A stretch of 64,000 nucleotides of DNA from Octopus vulgaris. Its lineage: Eukaryota. Below the pieces are notes generated by a model. It ran no database searches, had not been told where the DNA came from, and worked only from the letters and a program-made list of their open reading frames with translations. The translations under genes and the position numbers were made by a program. Every line of letters starts with the position of its first letter. Position 1 is the stretch's first letter. The stretch covers positions 32,860,001-32,924,000 of the forward strand of contig OX597842.1 of assembly GCA_951406725.2 (NCBI GenBank), in the 5' to 3' direction. This document shows, piece by piece, positions 29,324-42,827 of the stretch.

Positions 29324-29576
29324 AATATATATATACATATATATTTATGTATATGTATTTCTGTATTAAAATATTCATGTATATGTACATGAAAAATACA
29401 TACAAAATTTATGAATGCATATATGTATATATATGTGCATATATATGTGTATATACATATACATATATATATACAGATATACATATGCATGTATATAAAT
29501 ATGCATATATATACATGGATTCCTGGATGTATAAATATCTACCTATCTATATATCTGTATAAAAATGCATACGTAC

Positions 29577-29622
<46 letters not shown>

Positions 29623-29674
29623 ATATATGTATGTATGTATGTATGTATACACACACACATACACATATATATGT

Positions 29675-29705
<31 letters not shown>

Positions 29706-29888
29706 CACAAACACATACGCAGACATATATACATAACTGTATGTATATATATACATATATATATTTAGATATATGAGCCTCTATTGAGGTACTTCTGCGA
29801 ATTTCTCTGTATAAAAGGCTGCAAAAATGCATATACACAAGTTTGTATGTATGTGTGTGTGAGTTCGTGCACGCGTCTGTGTGCGTGT

Positions 29889-29928
<40 letters not shown>

Positions 29929-30455
29929 ATAGATTGTCCCGTTATAATCTGATCAAAAAATTAGTTCTGGGTATTACGTATCATTAAACCGAATATAAGG
30001 AATTAGGTTACAAAATAAGTATTTGGTACAATCTGGAGCAGAATAGGACGACACGGGCCCAGAAACAGCCATGTTGCTTTTATTGCTATTTACGAATGCG
30101 CCTGTTGGATACATTCATCGCTACATACATACATACATACATACATACATACGTATATACAAATATACACACACACATACATATATAAAAATACATATAT
30201 ACACACATACATAGATACATATATACAAATATACATAAAAGTACATGCATACATATACATGCACATATATAGGTTTACCTACATATATACATACATGCAT
30301 CTGTACAAACATATAAGTACACATATATATAGTGATTGACATATGCGTATATATTTTTATACATACATACGTATGTTCGCATGCATAAATGTATGTTATG
30401 TTATGATCTATATGTATATACATACATAGACACACAAACAAATCTTATTTACGTA

Positions 30456-30506
<51 letters not shown>

Positions 30507-31091
30507 TTGTATATTTCTATATTTATGTGTGTGCACACATATATATATATGTGTGTATGTATATCTATATATAATACATATATATGTATGTATTTATGTG
30601 GGTGTATATCTATATCTATACGTGTGTTTATATATATCTGCATATTTATATCCATCTATCTATCTCTCTATATATCAATATATATATATATAAATATATT
30701 CATATGTATATATAAATAGATAAGTTTCTCTCTCTATATATATATGTGTCTGTGTGTTTATATATATATATACATACATATACAGATGTGCAACATATAC
30801 ATACTTACATAAGTACACACTGACACACATTTTTATGACTTCTAGAATTAAATTATATATACAAAGATATATAGGCGCATGTATATGGATGTTTCATGTC
30901 ATACATTATATATATATGTTTTATATATTATACATACATACTTAATCATATATACACGTTATATCGAAGATATAATACATCTTACATACCATATTTAAAT
31001 TTGGGAATGGTTTATGTATAAGGTGTACATTATTTATAAAAATCCATTTATCCATCTATCCATCCGTCTGTCTGTCTGTCGGCCTGCCTGC

Positions 31092-31137
<46 letters not shown>

Positions 31138-31163
31138 GTCTCTTTCTCTATATATATACATAA

Positions 31164-31215
<52 letters not shown>

Positions 31216-31494
31216 CAGTCGTTATTCGGATCCATTGTACTCTTCCGTACTTTTATAGTTATCACTCGTCCAAAGAGAAACATACTGGATCTATTTCAGA
31301 GTGCTGGATCGATTTTTATATATCGATCTATTGTTTTTTGAGTTGTTGATTTTTTTATTTACATTTGTGTAACTTGATACAGGAAACTCGAAATCTCATT
31401 TCATCCTTCCGTATAACTATATAACTACGCATTCATATATATACAGATATATATACATGTATATATATACATATATGTATATGTACAGATTCAC

Positions 31495-31528
<34 letters not shown>

Positions 31529-32029
31529 ACATATTTATATATTTACAAATGTATATAAATTTCTCTCATATACTTACGTTCTTATATATATCCTCTATAC
31601 ACACGCATATTCGTTTATATATACACACACTTATGCTATGTAAGTAGGGATATAATGCAATTTTTGTCCCCACAAAGCACTTCTGCATGTTCTAGTGTTT
31701 CAAAGTTATATTATACATATCGTAAATTATATTTTCACGTTCTAAAAGTATTAACTATGTGAGACTTTTGTCTTTGCAATGTAAAAGTTTTATAATTTAC
31801 CTGAGCAATCATCAGTGACCGAAAAAGTTTGCTTATGACAATACATACCAAATAAGAGTGTTGTATAATGTGGTTTTTCTTAAATAGCACGAAATCCATC
31901 AGAGCATACGGTGGCGTGCGCAAGCTCACAGTAACTGAAAGAGAATAAACGTAAATTTATTATTTATTATTCATAATAATAAAAGTTTTAAAGATGCATT
32001 TTCACTAATTGATTAAATTTTAGGGGACT

Positions 32030-32415
32030 AAATTAGCCCCAGGTCAGTCCTGGTCCTAACAGACACAGAATCAAAGATGTTCCAGCCGTGACCATCCTAC
32101 CTTTTAGCCAGACATAGTGTATCTAGGACTACATCATCTAACGTATAAATATAGTAGTTAGTGTTAGTGGTTATAGCTACTGTTGTTGTTGTTTAACCAC
32201 AGGTCAGTCCTGATCCTGACAGGCCTATGATCAAAGATGTTCCAGCTGTGACCATTCCATTTTTATTCAGGCATAGTGTAGCTAGGACTACATTATGCAA
32301 TGTATAGTATAATATTTAGCATCAGTAACTAAGTGTTGTTGGAGTTGTTTAGCCCCAGGCCAATCATGATCCAGACATACCTATGATCAGACATGTTCCA
32401 GCTATGACGGTCCCA
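32030..32415 (-). repeat. three diverged tandem copies (about 160 bp) of the family D 3' end
   Basis: CCAGGTCAGTCCTG..ATCAAAGATGTTCCAGC..GACCAT..CATAGTGTA.CTAGGACTACAT recurs. Confidence 0.75.
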
Positions 32416-32624
32416 GAGATGCACACATCATAAGCCACCAATGTAATTATACCCAACTGGTTAAGGTCAAGCAACTGCCAAGAGAATCTGTGGTATTGAA
32501 CAGAACATTTACTGTAGGCCATCTTTTATAACAAGACAAAACAATGGACATGTTAACACTTTCAATCGGTTAAGATCAGAAGCCATGAGAGCCACCGCCT
32601 GGTACTGCATCGGGGCATTTAATA

Positions 32625-32696
<72 letters not shown>

Positions 32697-32697
32697 T

Positions 32698-32732
<35 letters not shown>

Positions 32733-32846
32733 CATTATTATTATTAATATTATTATTATTATTATTATTGTTGTTGTTGTTGTTGTTGTAGTTGTTATTA
32801 TTATTATTATATTACTATTATTATTATTATTATTATTTTTCTTCTT

Positions 32847-32877
<31 letters not shown>

Positions 32878-32910
32878 TTATTATTATTATTATTGTTATT
32901 ATTATTAATT
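32625..32910. repeat. compound (ATT)n/(GTT)n/(CTT)n microsatellite
   Basis: Directly visible. Confidence 0.9.
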
Positions 32911-33714
32911 GTTGTTTCGCTGTTAAGATTTTAATGTAAATCCGGTTACAAATTCCTAAATTATAATAATGATTGTTATTATTAAGTAATTAAATTAATC
33001 AGTAGTTATAAAAGAGCTGGTTCCAAAGGGAAGCTAACCTAATAATTTGATGATTTCTGGTGGTGGTGGTTCGGGCGGGAGGGTCACTGGTAGTTGTGGT
33101 GGTGCATGATCATTGAGGTCTGTAGGCATGGGGTACGGAGAAGGGAATGGAGGAGTTGACGTAATAGTAGTAGTATTAGTAGTAGAGGTAGTAATAGTAG
33201 TAGTAGTAGTAGTAGTAGCGGTGGTGGTGGTAGTAGTAGTAGTATTCAAGGCAAAAGTTGAAGTAGAAGGGGAAGAAATAAAAGAAAGGGGAGGGAAGAA
33301 GGCTGAGAAGAAAACTAATAGAAGCAGCAGCAGTAGTAGTAGTATTAGTAGTATTATTATTATTAGTAGTAGTAATAGTAGTAGTAGCAGTAGTATTAGT
33401 AGTATTAGTATTAGTATTAGTAGTAGTAGTAGTAGTAGCAGCAGTAGTATTATTAGTAGTTAGTACAGAGCAGCAACATTGACAACAGCTACAGCATCAG
33501 CACCGGTAGTAGTGGTAGTAGTAGCAACAGCAGCAGAAACAGCAACTGAGCAGCGGCAGCGGCAGCAGCAGCAGTAGTATCGGTAGTAGTTTTAGTAGTA
33601 GTAGTTATGGTGCAGGTTGTAGTAGAAGGTGAAGCATGAAGATGGAGAAGAAAAGGGGTAAGAAGGAAAATGAAGAGGAAATAGATCAGTGGGGGGGGAT
33701 TTAATCGCTAATTA

Positions 33715-34045
33715 AAGCCGCTCAGAAGCAAGCTATTAGAACGAATTTGATAATGATGAAGATTGATTAAACTTAGTCAGAGAGCAAATACACTGTGTGT
33801 GGAAAATGAAACGACAGTATCAAACATCTCTTGAATGAGTGCAGTAAGCTTGCACGAAAGGAGTATAAGCACAGGCTTGACTGAGATGGTAAAAGATTCC
33901 AGGAGATGTTTGGATGTTTGGCATTCAAAATAGCAGAAAGGTGGTATGCACACGAGCGAGACTATGTGGTAGAGAATACAAGTTAGAGGATTTTGTGGGT
34001 TCTATACATAAGGACTGACCATAATATGGAAGGAAGAAGACTAGG
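33715..34045 (+). pseudogene. degenerate R4-clade (restriction-like endonuclease) non-LTR retrotransposon fragment
   Basis: Reads AAQKQAIRTN..KID..CG..DSIKHLLNECSKLARKEYKHRLD..WYAHE..VVEN..RILW..IRTDH, with stops; matches the CCHC/RHD region of R4/Dong-type ORFs. Confidence 0.75.
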
Positions 34046-34252
34046 TACGTTTAGGAAAAATCTCCTCAGGTGATGTAATAAAGGGTGTCTCGTTAGATGA
34101 GCCCTGCTTCGTTGGGGTTTAATGCAGCATGTTTTTAGTGTCCATAGGTTACAGTTGTTGGGCAGGATTCCTATTTATACGTATACATGTACATATATAT
34201 ATATATATATGTGTGTGTGCGTGTGTGTGTATTTTTACATATAACATTCATA

Positions 34253-34626
34253 TCTCTCTCTATATAAACGGCAGTTTGTCTGTGCGTGTTTCTGTGTGTC
34301 TGTTTGCTTGTACCCTCACCCTGACCACGGCTTTCAACCGATTCTGATGAAACTTGACACACACATAGCCCAATGTCATAATTCAAAACTAACGCAGCGA
34401 AAATTTTGAAAAGTTCCCCCAGTTCTGAAATAGATCGATAAATTCGACATGGGGTCGAGAATCAGGAACACAAGCCACAAACTGTGTAGGGGACGCAACT
34501 CCACCTTTTTTAACTATCAAAAAAAAATTTACCATAATTTTTTTCCATTTTTTTGCTATAACTCTCTAAAAATGCTTTATAGTTATTTCCCTTACAAACC
34601 TGAGCAACGCCGGGTGATACTGCTAG
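34253..34626 (+). mobile_element. non-autonomous Helitron
   Basis: Starts TC after an A; internal CAACCGATTCTGATGAAACTTG; subterminal hairpin CCTGAGCAACGCCGGG; ends CTAG followed by T. Confidence 0.75.
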
Positions 34627-34639
34627 TATATATATATAT

Positions 34640-34828
34640 ATCGTGTGTACCGTTGGCGATTTTTTTCTCTGTCTTCCCTTCTCTGGATCTTTCCTTCTCC
34701 TATGTTTCCGACGAAGAGCTCCGCTCGAAACGTTAAACCCTCCTTCTTTCCTGAACGTCCAATAATACTATATTTGTTCCACGTCCTCGCGTTGTTGTGT
34801 TTTTTTTTGTGCTTTCTTGTTTGGATTA

Positions 34829-34835
<7 letters not shown>
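34640..34835 (+). mobile_element. Penelope-pLTR-like element, family P1
   Basis: Homologous to 7103-7310; (TA)n on both sides. Confidence 0.7.
34704..34738 (+). ncRNA. minimal type I hammerhead ribozyme (U4C)
   Basis: GUUU-CCGACGA-A-GAGC-UCC-GCUC-GAAAC-GUU-AAAC. Confidence 0.65.
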
Positions 34836-34893
<58 letters not shown>

Positions 34894-34929
34894 GTATATA
34901 TGTAAATATATACATATAAATACATATAT

Positions 34930-35205
34930 ATTCTACTATAAGCACAATGCCTGAAATTTGGTGGGAAGGGGCCAGTCGATTAGATTGACCCCTGTACGCA
35001 AGTGGTACTTAATTTATCGACCCCGAAAGGACGAAAGGTAAAAGTCGCCCTCAGTACGTAGCGACGGGCGAAACACCTCTAAGCATTTCGCCCGGCGTGC
35101 TAACGTTCCCTATTTCTTTATTGCCCACAAGGAGCTAAACATAGAGGTGACAAACAAGGACAGACAAAGGGATTAACTCGATTAGATCGACCCCAGGGCG
35201 TAACG
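34930..35205 (-). mobile_element. Meta-SINE with an alternative tail (34930-35108), plus a family B tail fragment joined at its head (35109-35205)
   Basis: Meta block ATCGACCCCGAAAGGACGAAAGG; head block CATTTCGCCCGGCGTGCTAACG. Confidence 0.75.
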
Positions 35206-35929
35206 GTCAGTTTAATAACTAAGGCCAAGCGGTGACGCGCTAACTATTCACTTGTGGTTGAGCGGTGTTGTGGCCAGTAGTCACCCGCGTCGAAATGGTA
35301 CCCAGAACTAAATTACGCTGGCTCGATATTACATCTATGTATATATAAAAATGATAGAGTGGAAAAGTGTTATAGTTGAAAAGAAAACTTGAAAAGAACC
35401 AGTCTATATACAAATATACATACATATATACATACGTGTGTGTGTCTATATATACATAAAAGAGAGATACACATTTAATTATATGTTTATAGGCTTCAAA
35501 TATACACATCTATGTATGTACGAGTATATGTGTATATGTACACACATATATATATATGTATATATATATGTGTATGTGTGTGTTTATATATTTGAGAGTT
35601 AATGTATTTGTATATATTTAATAACTTCAGAAGTACTGGTATATATTTATATATATGTATGTATATACATACACATATATTATATATGCTTGCATGTATA
35701 GACATATAAAACCCGCAAATTTATATATACATGTGTATTCCTTTATACTTATATTCTTTTATTCGTTTCAGCCGTGCAGCTGCGGCCATGCTGGTGCACC
35801 AGCGTGTACATATCTCTGTATATGTATATATATATATATATATATATACTTGCACACATAAAAGCAATTACGAGATTGCAAACATACATACACATTTACT
35901 AACACACAGACGCATCCATATCTACACAT

Positions 35930-35960
<31 letters not shown>

Positions 35961-35966
35961 AACACA

Positions 35967-36008
<42 letters not shown>

Positions 36009-36372
36009 CTCTCACACACACAGACAGAAAGACACATATACAATCACTCAGAAGACTAACTGTAACAGTCCATAAAAATGGCGGCCAAATATCGCTCTTC
36101 TTATATCTACGCCAAAGTCATCCATATTATTTTAGTACTTCTATTGAATTAAGGAAATACAGAAATTTGCAGGCCTATCCAACTCATACTTGAGTGATTG
36201 ATGTAAGTATTTTTTCGCGTCTTTCATCTCGCGTCTTCTTTAGATTTTCAAACGGATATGTTTTATTTTGATTCATTTTCGTGGTTGCTATTCCTACTAA
36301 TACCATATTACGTCATATATATAGACATATAGGAATGTATATACATACATACACACATACATACATATACGC

Positions 36373-36424
<52 letters not shown>

Positions 36425-36720
36425 TTTTACTCTTTTACTTGTTTCAGTCATTTGATTGCGGCCATGCTGGACCCCCAGGACTTATTCTTTGTAAGCCAAG
36501 CAATGCTATGGGGACAAACACAGACACACATATATATATATATATATATACATATATTCGACGGGCTTCTTTCAGTTTCCGTCTACCAAATCCACTCACA
36601 AGGCTTTGGTCGGGCCCGAGGCTATAGTAGAAGACACTTGCCCAAGGTGCCACGCAGTGGGACTGAACCCAGAACCATGTGGCTGGTAGGCAAGTTACTT
36701 AACACACAGCCACTCCTGCC
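36425..36720 (-). mobile_element. SINE family A with internal deletions
   Basis: Match to the consensus. Confidence 0.85.
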
Positions 36721-37054
36721 ATTAATCTATAATTTCTTACTTCTTTCCGAAATATTATATAAAATCTATTGTAGAATTACTATAATTATTGATATTATGT
36801 TTAAACTACATTATATCGATATAACCATGATGCAACCGCGAAAAACTGACTCTACTCAGTATCATATGACGGTAGCCGGGATAGTGAAATAGGAGGTTTT
36901 TTCTGAATACCCCTCACGTTTCCATAAACGATTTTAAAAGACACACACAGACACACACATATATATGTATATATATATATAATACACACACACACACACA
37001 CACACATACACTCACACACACTCACACACACACACACATATATATATATATTCA

Positions 37055-37245
37055 CCATTTTAGATCGCTAGCCACTAAGCCTTTTTCTATTTTCTTTCCC
37101 TGCTTATGTCTGTGTTCCTTTCTGCTGAAGAGCGTAGGCTCGAAACGTAAAAGACTTTCTCACTTCCCGAGCGTTAAACTAATACATCAGTTTGTTGTTT
37201 AAACACCCGTCTTCATCTTTTGTTTTTTTGTAAATTCTCACTTTA
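37055..37245 (+). mobile_element. Penelope-pLTR-like element, family P2
   Basis: Homologous to 52160-52335 and 60465-60655; (TA)n flanks. Confidence 0.65.
37118..37153 (+). ncRNA. minimal type I hammerhead-like motif (variant core)
   Basis: CUUU-CUGCUGA-A-GAGC-GUAG-GCUC-GAAAC-GUA-AAAG. Confidence 0.6.
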
Positions 37246-37279
37246 TATATGTCTCTCTCTCACTGTCTGTCTGTCTGTC

Positions 37280-37346
<67 letters not shown>

Positions 37347-37463
37347 GTTTTGTTTATTAATCTTTAACGAGTGACTCAAGTTTCATAAGCTCTGACGCAC
37401 GAAACTCTCGGCCCATGAGTCACTCTGTTGCTTCTGCTTAATATTAATAAAAATATCTAAAAA

Positions 37464-37506
<43 letters not shown>

Positions 37507-37561
37507 AGTGTGTATGTATATGTATGTATGTGAATATATAAGTAAACTGGGAGCTGTGTGC

Positions 37562-37610
<49 letters not shown>

Positions 37611-37924
37611 CAGTTCCCTGTCTATTTACATAATTTTCTCTCTCTAACTCACTTATTCAACATCTTAAAATCTTATACTCGCTTCTTGCAACGGTATTTA
37701 ATCAGACCCACCGCCTTTCATCTTTTCACCCTCTCCCTTACACTAAGACACCCCGCCTCACACACACACAGACGTACATTTTTATACTAACTACTAATGT
37801 TACTTCCCTCTCTCGCCTTCTCTGTCTCTGTCTGTCTGTCTGTCGCTGTTTCTGTCTCTCTCTCTCAAGAAGATCTGTTTAATTTTTTACCTATTAGTCA
37901 TGATTTCTCTCTGCTTGTTTATGA

Positions 37925-37937
37925 ATACCTATCTATA

Positions 37938-38002
<65 letters not shown>

Positions 38003-38022
38003 CTCTCTCTCTCTCTCTCTCT

Positions 38023-38083
<61 letters not shown>

Positions 38084-38135
38084 AATCTATCTATCAATCT
38101 ATCTATCTATCTCTCTATATACACATAAATGTATT

Positions 38136-38217
<82 letters not shown>

Positions 38218-38385
38218 AATCTATCTGTCTGTCTGTCTGTCTACCTATCTATCTATCTATCTATCACATCTATCTATCTGTGTATCTATCTATCAATCTA
38301 TTTATCTATTTATCGATCTCTCTCTCTATATATATATCTGTCTGTCTGCCTATCTATCTATATATCTATCTATCTATCTACCTAC
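37925..38385. repeat. (CTAT)n-dominated compound microsatellite
   Basis: Directly visible. Confidence 0.9.
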
Positions 38386-38811
38386 CCACCCATTTCCATC
38401 TCTCGCACCTTTACCAACACACCAATCGCACATCTTCCCCCTCAACCAAACCCACCCAACCCACCCAATCCACCCAATCTACCCCCGTCTTCCCTTCGTT
38501 CCTCTCACTCCCCCCCCCCGACACACACACCAACTACTCTCCCCACCACCAAACACCCCCACCAAACACCTCCTACCCCTGTTAACGTTAGTTAACGTGA
38601 TCAAGTCTGCATCAAAGGGAGAGAAGCGTCCTAGCTTTTAATTCCACCATTATCATTGGGCCACGCCAGCGACCACCGAGCATCGCATTCGCTTCGTTGA
38701 GTTTCTTCACTCTACCCACCCATCACACCGTTTGATATTCAACAATTTAGCTTGGTTTGTAACTAGTTTAGTTGAGGTGACTGTCTTAGTGCGTATATAC
38801 GTGTATGTGTG

Positions 38812-38876
<65 letters not shown>

Positions 38877-39136
38877 AAAATTCATACATATTTATTTGTA
38901 TATATATGTACATATATACACATATTTATATTTATTTACACACACATATATAAATATATATATATATACCTATATATGAATATATTTATATATACATATA
39001 TATATATGTATATATATATATTTCTGTATATGTATATGCATACGCATGCATATACCTATATATATATATCCATATATACATATATATACATAGATATACC
39101 TATACATATACGGGTATATATATACATATATATATT

Positions 39137-39169
<33 letters not shown>

Positions 39170-39261
39170 CATACGTATACATATATATTGCATACATACA
39201 GATATACACTTATATGTATGTATGTATGACTATATATTTGAATATATATATATATATAAAT

Positions 39262-39329
<68 letters not shown>

Positions 39330-39413
39330 ATATATATATATACCTATATATATACATATATATTAGTATATATGTATATATATGTATATATATGTGTATA
39401 TATATATATCTAC

Positions 39414-39444
<31 letters not shown>

Positions 39445-39732
39445 TATATCGTTTAGTATTTGGTTTCTTGTTGGGTTTGTGGCATTTTAAGGGGTTAGTT
39501 ATGTGTACGATTGGAGTTGAGGTTAGTGGAGTTAGTGGTTGGTTGGTTGGTTACGGTTTGGTGTTGGGTACTGGGTGTTCGGTGTTCTGGGTGTTTGTGG
39601 GTTTATAGGGAGTTTTGCGTCATCGGTGTGTTTAAGAAACGTAGTTTTTCTAGGCATTACGTTGGTTTGTATGAGTGTATATATGCGTGATGGAATGTTT
39701 GTCAATGCATATATATGCAAATAAATATATGC

Positions 39733-39822
<90 letters not shown>

Positions 39823-39835
39823 CTATATATATATA

Positions 39836-39887
<52 letters not shown>

Positions 39888-39928
39888 ATATATATATGTA
39901 TATATATATATACAAACATATATGTTGG

Positions 39929-39959
<31 letters not shown>

Positions 39960-40348
39960 GTATATATATAAGTATCTGTATATATGTGTGTGTGTGTATA
40001 TATATATATATACGTCTACGTGTGTATATATCAATGTGAATATATTTCTATACTTGTATATACATTTGTAGATGAAGATTTATGAGTGTATACGTATATA
40101 CGCATATATACATATATATATATATATAATATATACATATATACTGTATATATATATACATATGTATATATAAGTATCCGTATATATGTGTGTGTATATA
40201 TATATGTCTACGTATATGTATATATATGTATATTTATACATATATATATATATAAATATATATGTAGGTCTCGGGTTGAGTCGGGGTTAACCACAGTAAA
40301 TAAGGTACTCAATACATAGCAGAGTAAATTAATTTATTTTATAGAAGG

Positions 40349-40399
40349 AGCTTCTACAGGACTAGAACTGTTTCATTCAAATGAAATCATCAGGAAGCT
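40349..40399 (-). ncRNA. type I hammerhead ribozyme, intact core
   Basis: rc = AGCUUC-CUGAUGA-U-UUC-AUUU-GAA-U-GAAACAG-UUCUAGUC-CUGUA-GAAGCU. Confidence 0.8.
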
Positions 40400-40445
40400 T
40401 CCTGATGATTCTTTTGAATGAAGCAGTTCTAGTCCTGTAGAAGCT
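40396..40445 (+). ncRNA. type I hammerhead ribozyme, mutated copy (GAAAC changed to GAAGC)
   Basis: AGCUUC-CUGAUGA-UUC-UUUU-GAA-U-GAAGCAG-UUCUAGUC-CUGUA-GAAGCU. Confidence 0.65.
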
Positions 40446-40561
40446 CCTTCTATAAAATAAATATATAAATATATATATATATACACATACACACATATAT
40501 ATATATGCATATATATATTCATATATATGCATGTATGTATATATATGCATATACTTAAACC

Positions 40562-40610
<49 letters not shown>

Positions 40611-40614
40611 GAAT

Positions 40615-40680
<66 letters not shown>

Positions 40681-40804
40681 AAGGGAGTTCACTAAATTAT
40701 TTTTTCCACCCAAACTGTTCTAAGTTGGGAAATGCAGGGAAGACCAAATTCATGGTGGACAAAAGAATGACCAGCTCAACGCCATAATCTTTAGAATATT
40801 CTTT

Positions 40805-41010
40805 TCTATTCCATGCACAAGACCCGAAATCTTGGGGGAGGTGGGGCAGTCGATTATATCGATCCCAGTTCGCAACTGGTGCTTAATTTATCGACCCGAA
40901 ATCATGAAAGGCGAAGTCGACCGCGGCGGAATTTGAACTCAGAACGCAAAGACATACGCAATACGGCTAAGCTTTTTGCCCGGCGTGCTAACGTTTCTGC
41001 CAGGTCACCT
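40805..41010 (-). mobile_element. Meta-SINE, alternative-tail subfamily
   Basis: Same head and Meta block as family B; tail as at 34930-34975. Confidence 0.75.
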
Positions 41011-41054
41011 TCTTCATTTTGAAAAATATTATTCTCTATTTAAAAAAAAAAAAA

Positions 41055-41453
41055 TTTTTTACTTGTTTCAGTCATTTGACTGCGGCCATGCTGTAGCACC
41101 GCCTTTTGTCGAACAAATCGACCCCGGGACTTATTCTTTTGTAAGCCTAGTACTTATTCTATCGGTCTCTTTTGCCGAATCGCTAGGTGACGGGGACGTA
41201 AACACACCAGCATCTGTTGTCAAGCAATGCTAGGGGGACACATACAGACACACACACACATACATATATATATATATCCACATAAATACGAGAGGCTTCT
41301 TTCAGTTTCCGTCTACCAAATCCACTCACAAGGCATTGGTCGGCCCGGGGCTATAGCAGAAGACACTTGCCCAAGATGCCACGCAGTGGGACTGAACCCG
41401 GAACCATGTGGTTGGTTAGCAAGCTACTTTACCACACAGCCACTCCTGCGCCT
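41055..41453 (-). mobile_element. SINE family A, full length
   Basis: Match to the consensus. Confidence 0.9.
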
Positions 41454-41455
41454 AT

Positions 41456-41510
<55 letters not shown>

Positions 41511-41599
41511 CATACATACAAGCGGGTGCTCTAGCATGGCCGCAATCAAATGACTAAAACAAATAAAAGAACAACATATGTAAGTCAAACGTCAAAACA

Positions 41600-41933
41600 A
41601 CAACAAGAACACTCAGGGAGTGCAAACCTCCGCCAAGGCAACGCCAATGTCCTCTCAAAGATTAGCTGGAGATGATTTTTAAAATGAGAATATCTGAAAT
41701 AGGCTCTCACAAACGAGAATACTAAAAATGAACTAGACCACTCTCAAAAATTCAGTAACAAAAACGAAAAATAATCCAGATGTCTTCTCCGGTACCGGAT
41801 CGATCCCAAAATCTGATAATTTGTTTCCAGTCACAAGGCAAAACTCAATGAATGTTTCCCCCGAATCCATCCAGCGGTTCTTGAGATATTTTGTCCACGG
41901 TCAAACAAACAAACACAACTGAAAACAATACCT
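41600..41933 (+). mobile_element. Helentron-associated (HINE/DINE-like) non-autonomous element, truncated
   Basis: ACAAGAACACTCAGGGAGTGCAAACCTCCGCCAAGGC start, CCGGATCGATCCCAAAATCT, (CAAA)n then GAAAACAATACCT; layout recognised from this element class. Confidence 0.55.
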
Positions 41934-42112
41934 AGAGCTCGATGTTGCTGGTCTTGTGGACGCTAGTGTTGTTCTGTAGCCCTTAAACTTCGCTCGTAGA
42001 TGAAGCAAGATGTGGTGTTATGTATGCTCCAGCTGGGACGGGATTAAGACCCATAGAGGCCCTCAGATCTTAAAAGATTTTGGTGACCCAAATATATGTG
42101 TAATTCAAAATA

Positions 42113-42470
42113 TAGGCGCAGGAGTGGCTGTGTGGTAAGTAGCTTGCTAACCAACCACATAACCCCGGGCCGACCAATGCCTTGTGAGTGGATTTGGTAG
42201 ACGGAAACTGAAAAAAGCCCGTCGTATATATGTATATATATATATATCTCTATGTATATGTTTGTGTGTGTGTGTTTGTCCCCCTAGCATTGCTTGACAA
42301 CCGATGCTGGTGTGTTTACGCCCCCGTCACTTAGAGGTTCGGCAAAAAGAGACCGATAGAATAAGTACTGGGCTTACAAAGAATAAATCCCGGGGTCGAT
42401 TTGCTCGACTAAAGGCGGTGCTCCAGCATAGCCGCAGTCAAATGACTGAAACAAGTAAAAGAGTAAAGAG
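42113..42470 (+). mobile_element. SINE family A with an internal deletion removing the B box
   Basis: Match to the consensus. Confidence 0.88.
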
Positions 42471-42796
42471 TATATATATATATATATGTATGTATGTATG
42501 TATGTATATATATTAATACATATATGAGAGGGAATCCACAAAAATTGAACTCCCTCACGCTAGCCACTAAAAGTTGTTCTCACGAAAAAATTTAGCACAC
42601 CATGAACGTAAGCAGGCAGGACAAATGAAAAATAACAATATCAGTTATTTATGCGCTAAACCATTGGTGTTAAACTGATATTATTAAATTAATATACAGT
42701 TTTTCACCCTCATTTAGATTTTGTATGTATATATGTATATATATATTTACGTATATGTATATATATATTTACGTATATGTATATATATATATATGA

Positions 42797-42825
<29 letters not shown>

Positions 42826-42827
<2 letters not shown>

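Larger units (their letters stand above)
40332..40462. repeat. approximately 131-bp spacerless palindrome
   Basis: Arms of 66 and 65 nt centred on GGAAG|CTTCC at 40397/40398, with few mismatches. Confidence 0.95.

Noticed and set aside
34400-34420. CTGATGAAAC (34344) and nearby CGAAA in the Helitron as a ribozyme
   Set aside because: Part of the usual Helitron internal motif; no stems
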